Below are positions 36,801-54,917 of a stretch of 64,000 nt of DNA, in pieces; within the stretch, counting starts at the first letter, position 1; each line of letters begins with the position of its first letter. The notes under the pieces were generated by a model that made no database searches, was not told where the DNA came from, and was given only the letters and a program-made list of their open reading frames with translations. Position numbers and translations under genes: made by a program. Source of the stretch: Chrysemys picta bellii (Eukaryota); NCBI RefSeq assembly GCF_011386835.1, contig NC_088794.1, forward strand, positions 11,160,001-11,224,000, in the 5' to 3' direction.

Positions 36801-38694
36801 GATGGAAGTGTCCCGGGAGGAGGCCCGGGATATCCTGGCTGCCGCCCGGCAGTTCCAAGTAGCAGAACTGGAGTCGCTGCAGCTGGAGGGTGGGAAGCTG
36901 GTGAAACAGGTGCTGGGTCGGCGCTTGAACCGCAAGTGCCTACAGCCGCCCAGCTTGGCTCCTATCTCTGCTAGTGTCGTGCCGCAGGCCTGTCCGCCGG
37001 CTCCCACCACCCCACGGACATTCCACCCCCTGGTGGCAGGCAAGCAACGTACGGCAAAGCCCCCGGGTGATGGTGGGGTACGTGCCAGCAGCACCGCCTG
37101 TCAGGCGGAGAGCGCCAAGTATTGGGCGGCTGTAGTACCTCAGAACGGGGGAGCCCAGCCAGGGATGCAGGGTGCGGTGGCTCCTGTGGAGACTGGGAAC
37201 GTGAGAACCCAGAGCCGCTCCTTGGGCTTAGACAGGAGCCTCGGTGTGGGGAGCCCCCTGGGCAAGGCCGAAGGGTCACCGGGCGAGAGGAGCGCTGAGC
37301 AGGCCTTTCCCAGCGAGGGTTGCACCACAGACTGCTCACCGCTGCCAAGGAAGATCAAACTCAGCTGCCCGAAACTGCCGCCTCCCCACAATGCCTGTGC
37401 CACAAAGGCACCCCCCACTGAAGCACCCGGCAAGACCCCCACCTCCATCCGGCGCCTCTGGCGGCAGAAGACCCCAGGCTGGGATGAAGCAGGTGGGCTA
37501 GAGCAGGCCAGCCCCTCTTGCCATGCTGGGAGCCTCCCTGTGCCTCCAAAGACCAGCAACAGGAAGCGAAGCTCCAGTACATCGGCTTCTGGCTCAGACA
37601 CTACCCCAGGGGAGGGGCATGTGGGTAGTGTGAAGCTCAGGAAGGTCGTCAACAGGAGTTGCTGGGAGGTGGTACAAGAGCCACCAGCCAGGGAGCCCCA
37701 AGGAGCCCCAGTGACCGTGGGAGAGACAAGCACCTCCCGTGTGGCTTCCCCGCCCAGCTCCGGACCGCACAACTTTACGCGCTGGCCAGAGCTGCCAGAG
37801 ACGCGGGCAGCCAGCTCCACTGAGCTGCTGGCTGGAAGGCTGGAGGCTGTGCCGCTTCCTGAGCAGGCGATGGTAGAACAGGGGCCCTCAGATGGGAGAG
37901 GAGGCTGCAGGGACACTTACGAGCTGGACATGGCGGCATTGGAGCCCTTGAGTGAGAGTGAGGAGTTTGGGGACTCAGCCCCGCTGGAGCAGATGCTGGA
38001 CCTGCTGCTATCAGGCAGTGGTGTGGAGGGTCTGGGCACTGCTGGGCCAGGAGGGACAGCAGGCTGTGCCCCTTCCATGGGCCCCTCACGTGGGCCAAAT
38101 ACAACACCCGTGGGTGCTGCTGCAGCAGGCGAGGCGTGGCATCCCCCCGAGGTGCAGTTGTGGCCAGAGTGGGACGACCCAGGGAAGGGCCCCCTGCCAG
38201 GATGGGAGGTGGGGGGTGGTCACTCCGCCCTTAGCACTGCAGATGGGGATCCCCCGGGGCAGCCTGCAGGTGGCCATCTTGCACCCAGGAGGGCTCTCTC
38301 CAGCGGTCACCATCCCACCTCATGCAGCCCAGTGCCCCTGGCACCTGCCAGCCCCCAGACTCTTCAGCATCCGCAGCTGGCAGCTGGCAGCAGGGAGGCT
38401 CCGTCGGGCCCACTGCCCCGTGTTCCTGCGGAAGGCAGCGCGGGGAAAGGGCAGGGACTCTGCACCACCCAGGCTGCTGGGATGGAGACAGGGTCCCAGT
38501 TTCAGGCACCCTGGGGGCTGCCCCGAAGCCGCCCAAAGCATGGCCCTTTGGACCATCAGCCCCCGGACAGTCCGGAGGGCGACGAGATTGACATCATGGC
38601 CGGCGCTGAGGAGGCTCTGGTACCTGCTGGCAGCACCTGCGTCAGGCCTGACCCCTCCTCGGAGTCTGATGAAGAGGTGGACGTTCTGAACTAG
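33857..38694 (+). CDS. BTBD18: BTB/POZ domain-containing protein 18, 728 aa; coding exons 33857-33983 and 36635-38694
   Basis: Exon 1 encodes MCSPVAGSKILYRNSRLLRMAFLQLHRQQRADVFCDVILQAE(G) with acceptor ttgcag|33817 and donor G|GTAACC. Exon 2 (gcag|GA GAG GCT GTA) encodes EAVPAHCCILSACSPFF...LRKLVDFLYTSEMEVS and ends PSSESDEEVDVLN*. Phases are consistent (2187 nt), the N-terminus matches human BTBD18 as recalled, and synteny fits. Confidence 0.95.
36086..36381. mobile_element. hAT MITE (older) in the BTBD18 intron
   Basis: agagttgccaactca... / ...gggttggcgatacta, a degenerate TAGGGTTGCCAAC-type TIR pair. Confidence 0.55.
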
Positions 38695-40154
38695 TGGTCT
38701 CTAGCAGAGGGGGAGGGAGTCTGGCTTACGGGAGCCATCACAGCCAGCCGGCCACCGAGGTGTAGCTGTCATAGCTGAGACTGACTATGGGACGCTGCTA
38801 GTAACAAAATGAATCAGGTTGTTGGAGTGGGGAGCTCTGCGGAGCCTGATAGTGGGAAGAGCTCTCCCACCGCTCTGCAAGGGGGGGACAGGGATCAGTT
38901 GGAGGGCACAGCTGGGTTGAAGCCAGGATGGAGGTGCAGCATCTCCCCCCCCCCCCTGTTAATTCTGGGAGGGGGCTGAGCCATACACAGGGATGGCACT
39001 GGGATTTAAACAAGAAATGCACTAGTCACTTGACGCACTAGGACTGAGAACGGGGTGGCCCCAGTGTTACCTACTACTTTGTTGGCGCTCTGCTGACCTC
39101 TGTGGTTGAATCATCTTACCACTGCTTCAGTTCTGCTGAGGGGAGGAGGCTGGCAAGGGGTGGAAAGAGAACAGCCCTTCCCAGTCATCTGGAGCCCCCC
39201 CCCCCGCCTCCACCTGTGCTGGGACAGAGGGCTGAGGGGCTGCACACGGTGAAGCCGCTTTTCCTGCTGTCACAGCCACTTTCAGACCCACGGACATTTT
39301 GTTGAGGTACAAGGCAGTTGTGTGGGTGCAGCGAGAGAAGGGAATGAATGGGCCCAACATGGATCAAACGGTGGAAGTATCCATTGGGGGTGGTAGTCCG
39401 CACCCCTGTGTGTTGTAGAGTCTCTTTAAAGGTGATGCTAACAGTGCTCTCAGCTCACACTCCCACCTCCCAGTGCTGGCACCCAGGATAGGCCTTGCCT
39501 AATTTCTTTCCTGCCCCTGTTGTGCATTTAGCTTAAGTTTTTTCCTCTACATTTATGTACGTAAACATCTTAACCTTTCTAAGCCTGGCCATGGGGACAC
39601 AGGCCACAGATGCTGGTGAAGCACTATTAGGAGCTCCTAAGGCTGCAGCCAGGATTCTAGTTTTGCAAAATAATTGGCCAGCAGTGGTACCAGCCTACCT
39701 ACCTGGAGTCACGGCTATCTCAGGCGCAAACTCCACTCCTGCCTGGCAATGCCATAGCACAAGCCACTGTCCCTCATTTCCCATGATCACGTTGCTGCCC
39801 CATTGACCTGTTGTGCATCTCCTCCAGAGTTGAGGTTCTCCTGTTATGACCCAGCTCCCCTTTCTTCCCTGCTGCTTCCCACAGCACATGTATCCCTCCA
39901 CTGACAAAGACCACCAGCTCCATAGTTACTTAGTGCTCATCTTCACGCGTCACTGTCCTAATGAGAACATCTGTTACCCTTAACATCAGCATGTATTTTC
40001 ATCCCCCCCTCCAGGAAGCATGTGGGCTTTGTGCCATGCTCCCTCCACTTCTCTCATTGCAGGGACTGACCACCTGCTGCAGCGGCCCCTTTAGCAATGG
40101 AGAAGACGGGATAGCAAGGAGAGCCTGGAGCGTGAGAGGGTGGGGCTTGTTTGA

Positions 40155-40160
40155 AATAAA
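40155..40160 (+). terminator. Candidate BTBD18 polyadenylation signal AATAAA
   Basis: AATAAA about 1.46 kb downstream of the BTBD18 stop, followed by a GT/T-rich tract (tggttgtatttgcctcttgttcgtt). Confidence 0.55.
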
Positions 40161-40469
40161 TGGTTGTATTTGCCTCTTGTTCGTTCTGCTGGATTTGCCC
40201 TCTGTTACATGGACTGCACCACCCGGCTTTCCTAGCCATGCAGTGCAAACTGCCAGGAGCCGTTTCCTCCCTCCTGCAGGGAGCCGGACACCTGGCAAGA
40301 CTCCTAGCAGAATGCATGAGCATGTCCTGGAGTGGGGCTCTCCACTGATGGCTGCAAGCTGTGCAACATAGTGGGAGGAGAAGGTGCAGTCCAGCTGACC
40401 AGCCGGTATGGTGACCTCTGACCCATCACCCCACCTTGCTGCCACTTACAAATAGGTTTTTTTAGAAGC

Positions 40470-40475
40470 TTTATT
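40470..40475 (-). terminator. Candidate SELENOH polyadenylation signal AATAAA
   Basis: tttatt on plus, about 130 nt 3' of the SECIS on the minus strand. Confidence 0.7.
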
Positions 40476-40601
40476 ACCAAAAGAACTCTAACCACAAAAC
40501 AGTGAAAGATCATCTGCTAAGGAAGGCCAGAGGATGGTTGTGGGAGCAGAGCAGAAGCGAAGGACAGAGTGGCATCATCTGGTCCACCACTCCCAGTGGG
40601 A

Positions 40602-40683
40602 AGAGCTGCAGCTTCAGAGACATGACTGAGGTTTGGCCATTGGCCCCTTCCCCCACTTCATCATGCCTCATCATGGATGCTCT
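40602..40683 (-). promoter_or_regulatory. SECIS element of SELENOH (type II-like) in the non-coding last exon (acceptor at 40718)
   Basis: Minus strand: helix I AGAGC/GCUCU; core AUGAU (40674)/UGAA (40616-40613); 10-bp helix II GAGGCAUGAU/GUCAUGUCUC; unpaired AA 12 nt after UGA; mini-stem UGGGG/CCUCA. Confidence 0.85.
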
Positions 40684-41803
40684 GGTCCACACAAGGAACG
40701 GATGGGTCCTAGCCCCGGCTGCCGGGATGAGAAAGAGAGGTGTCAGCCCTGGCTGTTCACACAGGAAATTATATACCGCCACCTCACTCCTGCACTAAGC
40801 ATCCAGTCATTTGGGCCCAAAACACTGCATTAGCTTGTTGGCTAGCGGCAGCCATACTGAGGTCACCCTTAAGCCACTGACAAGCCTGCCAACTTAAGGG
40901 GTGACAGCTCCTTGAGAGGAAGGATGGTCCAGAGGTCAGTGTACTAGCCCAGCACCTGGATTCTCAGGTGTGTTGTGATACACTCATATTACCTTAGGGC
41001 CCCCCCCAGATAAAGGGCTCCCGCCATGGGGGAGAGACCATGCAGGGTCTGGATGAGGTGGAGGGGGTTTCTGCTCAGCGGCTGGAATACAGAGCATGGC
41101 GCTGAAGCACCGCTACCTCCTCCCCACCACAAGGCATTTTTGATGGATCCAGCCCTGCTTCTGTCTCCGGGAAAGGAGACACTTCACTCTCACAGGAACA
41201 GCCAACGCAGCCTGGACTAGGTTTTCCTCTCTAGGCGGTCTGGGCTTGGAATGGACCGAGGCTCCGACAGCCGTGTTCTCGCATCCCTAGCATTAGCCTG
41301 CTGACAAGTTCAGCATGTCCAGTTAAGGCAACATGCCCCCTAGCCGGTATTTGATTGGACATGGGTTCCAGAAGTGACCCCGGGTGCATGGAGTCGGATC
41401 TGCTGTCTTTAGTGACAACTGTGTGTTTCGGCTCCCATTAGCCCTGCAGAGACACCACCGCATGGAGAGCATAAGCTGGACTCTATTCCTCCTCGTGCAT
41501 CATCTGCTGACCCTGACGCTAGGGCGTGGCTACGGAGGGCAAGGAGGTAGCACAGGGGTCGTTCAGAGTGTAGTTTGCTCTGCAAGACCTTTATGACTGG
41601 CCATAGTGCGGGGGAGCCCAGGTGCTGCCGGCAATTAAAAAAAGCGCAAGTTGAGGGGGTTCGTGCTGGAGTCTGACAGACACACCGATCTCAACCATAC
41701 TAGTTAGAGTCACTTCTTCCCTCCTCCCTCGGATTTCCAGTGGCCATCCCTTCTGCTCGTCCGGTCCTGGAGCAGGAATAACTCACCTCGGTGTAGCTCT
41801 GCG

Positions 41804-43071
41804 TTAGACCAAGCTGCTCTTCAGCATGTCAGCCACCTTCTCTGGCTCAGGGAACTTGAGCTTGCGAGGCGGCCCTTTCTTAATGCCGCTCCATAGCTCC
41901 ACCACTGAAACCCCAACAACAAGGCAGGGGTGGTGACGGGTGGGATGCGACCCATTGGTTTGTATTGCAGTAGACCCTAGAGACCCCCACTGAGCGAGAT
42001 CGGGGCCCCTATTGTGCCAGGCGCTGCACAGACCCCCCCCCCAAATGTACTAGGTACTGCACAGACCCCACTGACGGAGTTCAGGGGCCCCCCAATGTAC
42101 CAGGCACTGCACAGACCCCCCCCCCCCCCCCGCCACAACTAAAATTGGGCCCACACTGCAGCACAATCTCTGCCCCACAGAGCTATGACCAGTCAGACAA
42201 AGGGTGGGAGAAAGGGATACAACATATGCATTTAGGAACCTAATCGTGAAGTAGCTTACTCCGCATGAGGCGCTCACCATGTCAGCCTGTGCCAAAGTGG
42301 GACGCGTGAGCATCCCTACCCCAGTGTGCAGTCACCCAGGCACTGCCCTGTCCTGGCTTGCCCCTGCCCCCCCGCCTCCCCAATCATTGCACCCTGACTG
42401 AGCACTGCTGTACAGAAACTCCAGCACTTACTTCTTCCATCCTCCTTCACCAGGGACACCTCAAAGCTGTTCCTGCGCGGTGTCTCAGGGTTGATCTCCA
42501 CCACCACGTTGGCGACGGTGCGGCGCAGTGCCTGGCTCACGGCATCGGCATTGCGCCCGTAGACTCGTCAGCTCTTACTGCGGGGGAGGAGGGGGGTGAT
42601 GGGGGTCAGCGGGGCTGGGCATCCTGCTAGCAAACCAGCCCCATGTCGAGTAATGCCACACTCCCCGCCTGATCCATGACCACATCCCCGAAACCACTGC
42701 CTGTGCCCCCACCACCCAAACCTGCTCCCCCTCTGGAAGTGTCTCAGACTGAGTCCCCCCAAGATAACCCTCCCCTTCCTCTCCACAGACAGGCCCCCTC
42801 CTGCCAGCTATTGGCCCCCATCCACCACCTGAGCATCCCTGGTGCCCTCCACTGGGACATGAGCCTGCTGCGGCTTAAAAAACACCCACTCTCTTGCACT
42901 GGCCAGGACTCACCAATGCTCAATAACCACACGGGGTCCAGGGCCCCGACTTCCCTCGCCCCGTGACCTCTTTGGCAGTGTATCGACACCGGTGTTCGCC
43001 TTCACGTCCTCAGAGTTCACAGCCTTTGCCTCAGGCTCCTTTGCCTTCCTCTTCCTCACTTTGGGGGCCAT
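41804..43071 (-). CDS. SELENOH: Selenoprotein H, 134 aa; coding exons 43071-42914, 42577-42432, 41904-41804; Sec UGA at 42568-42570
   Basis: MAPKVRKRKAK...VVIEHC|KSURVYGRNADAVSQAL...PRRNSFEVSLVKEDGR|MVELWSGIKKGPPRKLKFPEPEKV...*. CxxU redox motif; all introns GT-AG with consistent phases (405 nt); SECIS found downstream. Confidence 0.96.
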
Positions 43072-43479
43072 GGTGCTCTGGGAGAACAAACAAGAGCCCC
43101 TTACCATGCATCTCTGGGTATTTTTCAGTCCAGATGGGATGTTTTTGGAACAGGAGTTAATCCAGGGAAGTTCTTGGGCCTGGGTTATTCAGAGGGGGTC
43201 AGGATACATCATCACGGTGGTGCCTTCTACCCTTAGAGGCAGGACCACAGGCCCTTTCCACCCAGCCACAGAAGTAAGGGGGGGGGGAGAGAAGGATGTG
43301 GCACAAAGTGGAGAGACTTTCAAGGGACAATGGAAACCAAGAGACAGGGGGGCGAGAGGCCTAGAACAGCAAGGGTGGGGAGATACTACAGGGCAGGGTC
43401 AAGGGGCCCCAGCATGTTTGCAGGGCAGGACTGAGGGGGCCCCAACAAGGCGAAAGAGGCGAGGGCCAGGGCTAGACGG

Positions 43480-44090
43480 ACGGGGAGACCGCCGGGACTA
43501 GAGGCCAGACTCAAGGCGTGGGTAAAGCGCCCCCGCACCCACTTCCTGCAAGTGGTACCAGTAGCGTTTCTTTCCTGCGCATCCCAGCGCGGGGGGTCTA
43601 GGCGGAGCAGCCCCCCAGCAGTGGCGCCCCAAGGCCAAGACACACCAGACCCACGGAGGGCAGCACAGACACAGGCCCGCCCCAGAGACCTACCGCCTTC
43701 TCCACAGCCAGGGCCCCACGCTGAACCTCCGCGCAGCCACGCGGGCCAGCCAGGCAGAGGAAAGTGCCCCGCTCCCAACCATTCGACCCCACAGCGAGGG
43801 GGAACCGGGGGAAATAATAGTGGGGAAAGGCCTCAGCTGAGCCAGCCCTGCCTTTGTCCCCGGTGCCGCTGAGCGTGAGCGGAGCCGCGTCAGGCTCCAG
43901 CCAGGGCAGTGTTGTAATGAAAACACATGCGGCGGTTTTTACTGCACAGCCTCCCCCCCTCTTTCTGCAGGATGGTTCCTGCCCGAATTTGTTACACAAC
44001 GTTCTGAATATTAATGAGGCTTCTTTGCAGCCAATCAGAGCTCAACCTGGGCTACCGCGACTTGGTGTCTGCGCAGGCCTGGGCCCAGCT
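43480..44090 (-). promoter_or_regulatory. CpG-rich SELENOH promoter / probable non-coding first exon
   Basis: CpG-rich stretch upstream of the ATG exon, which has an acceptor (ttctcccag|agcaccATG). Possible donor TGG|GTGCGG at 43539/43538; CCAAT at about 44030. Confidence 0.5.
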
Positions 44091-44091
44091 G

Positions 44092-44196
44092 TAGGGTGAC
44101 CAGATAGTCCCGAGATTTGGGGCTTTGTCTTGTATAGGCTCCTATTACTCCCCCACCCCCATCCCAATTTTTCACACTTGCTGTCTGGTCACCCTG
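44092..44196. mobile_element. Short hAT MITE
   Basis: TIRs TAGGGTGACCAGA / TCTGGTCACCCTG; degenerate TSD. Confidence 0.7.
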
Positions 44197-44928
44197 CCTC
44201 GCAGGGCAGGCCCCAAGGGCTCAGCTGGGACTCCAGCAACCTGAGTGTGCAGGGCTGCAAGTGTCCCATAGGGACCATGGTGCTGAGAGCTTCCTTACAG
44301 CAGTGCCCAACAAGGACCTCAGTGCTGCGCGCTTCTCCACAGCAGTGCCCAGACAGGACCCATGGAACATCAGCTTCCCTAGAGCAGTGTCCAGTAGAAA
44401 CCTCAGTGCTGCACTGCCATCTCCAGCAGGGCAAGTTTCTTCACAGTCGCATGCACCCAAATGCTGTGGCCATGCAGGGTTATTCCCAGCAGCCGTTAAG
44501 CGCCTGTGAGCAGCAGGGGCACTTGGGCCTTTCGGGTGTATTGGACCCGACGTGTACAAACAGGCGGCATTGGCCTGTCGCCCCTGCAGTGAGCCATTGC
44601 CAGTCCAGCCATCGCCCCAGCCAGGGAGTCCTGATGCAGACCTTTCAGACCACAGTTTGCAGCCAAGCCCCAACACCCCCTCTGGAGCCTCTTCCTCCCC
44701 CCCCACAGGTACTGCGTTCAGAGCAGGGCCAACCCCACAGGGTAGGAACCCTAGAACAGCTATTCTTTAACTGGGCTGCAGCCACCAGCACAGAGCTCAC
44801 CCACGGCTGGAGGCAGCTCCCTGGAGCCAGGGCTGGCCTGCTGAGACCAGCAATGGCTCAGTGAACATCCAGCCTGCCCCAGGAGACAGGACACCGCGAA
44901 GGGAAGGGAGGGTTCATTCTTAGCATGG

Positions 44929-44934
44929 TTTATT
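44929..44934 (-). terminator. Candidate TMX2 polyadenylation signal AATAAA
   Basis: tttatt on plus, about 1.1 kb 3' of the TMX2 stop. Confidence 0.55.
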
Positions 44935-46038
44935 ACAGACACAGTCACAGGAAGAGATGATTAACAGAAGCATGGAGTATTTGTCCTAGGAACCACAGCT
45001 GCTCAGCCACCACCACTGCCTCTCCCCTCATGGCTGGGATGAGGAGCCCCTTGCTGTGATTCAGGAGGGGTAGTGCCCCAGGCAGCTGCAGGCACAGAAC
45101 CAGGGAGCCCTTCTAGGGCCAACCCGTCAATTCCCCACCCCCCCCTCCAGCTCACAAGGAGTTCAGGTGCTACACTCAGCCTGGCACCACCTGCCCTCCT
45201 TGCCCCAGGAGCGGACTTTTGGCACTTGAAGGGTTAAACCAAGACCAGCTGGAAGGAAGGGAAAGGAAACTAGTAGTGGCCTGGCTCTTCAGTGGGGGAG
45301 GGGCAGAAGTCAGGCACTGGTTAGGAGTCCTCCAGAGCAGCAGAGTCCAGTTCCCACCAGCCCGGGGCTGGGCAGAGAGTTACACGCTCAGGCGGCTCTG
45401 CCGCCCCAGAGCAGCGCATATTCTCCAGCTCCTCTCTCCCAGCCACTGGGTTAGCCAACAGCCCTCCCCAGCAAGCCATGGGGGAGAACAGGTCCAATAG
45501 GGACCTGACCTACACCCCACACATGCACCGTAGGGCTGGGAAGACTCCCGTGCACCTCCTTACCCCCAAACAGAAAAGGGGGGAGGAGAGAATATCTTCC
45601 AGGAAGAAGTGGTTGGGCCCATCAGCAATACCCCTCCACCCCAAGCTGGTTCAGGTCAAGTCAACACTCTCCACCCACACCCCCACTCGTTCCACTCAAC
45701 CGGGAGAGGGGGCACCCTTCAACTCAGCTGCTCTAGAGTCCTTGGGGAATTCTACCCCCAGCCCCTGCTGGACCAATCACTGCCCACCCCTTGCAGCCAA
45801 TCAGCAGCCAGTTCTTGAAGTGATGCCAGAGAGGAACAGGAATAAATAAGATGCCACAGAGACATGAACAGTCCAGCATGGCCCACTGGGGAGCTGGGGC
45901 ATGGCTGAGCCCCAGGGGGAGGGTGGTGACTCCCTCACGCAGCTCCCCTCGTCACCGTCTTCGAGACAGGATGTGCTGGGCACCATGGAACAGCTGCCGG
46001 GAGAGGGCGGGGGGGCAACTACAGGGAGCGAGGCAGGT

Positions 46039-54433
<8,395 letters not shown>

Positions 54434-54914
54434 CTTCACCTACACTGACCGGCCCGCCGCCGCGGGGACGACCACGTACGCATCACCGCTTCCTATTGGG
54501 CAACTACGACGCCAATCATGATGAAGGCGGGGACTGATGGGAGACGTCCATCCTCATTGGTCGCAGCCACTGCCACTCACTATCAAACACATCCGATTGG
54601 ATATAGGGATCGCAATGGAGACGGGATCGCTAGAGCAACGGAGCAATCAGATATCGAGCATTGGAAAGACGTGATTTCCAGACCTGGTTGTCATCATAGT
54701 GCGCAAGGGAGATGGCCAATCACGTCAGGGCTGAGTTAATGTACCTTTTTGTCCAATCAGAGACACACAGGGAGGTGATATGGGGCGGAGTAAAAAAGAG
54801 ATTAACCAATCAAAGACATGTATACGATGGACCGCCCTCCAATGAGGACGAGGCGGACGGTCAAGTCCCCGAGGCACCAGGCCAATGGGAGGAGAGCGCG
54901 TGGAGCATGCTGGG
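54434..54914. promoter_or_regulatory. Bidirectional TMX2/MED19 promoter
   Basis: Head-to-head ATGs are about 480 bp apart. The interval has 10 CCAAT/ATTGG boxes, GC boxes (ggggcggag, ggcgggg) and TGACGTGA on the minus strand at 54720-54727. Confidence 0.85.
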
Positions 54915-54917
54915 ATG

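Noticed and set aside
44130-44864. 244-aa plus-strand ORF between TMX2 and SELENOH
   Set aside because: It starts inside a MITE, has no recognisable domain or splice structure, and ORFs of this size are common in GC-rich DNA.
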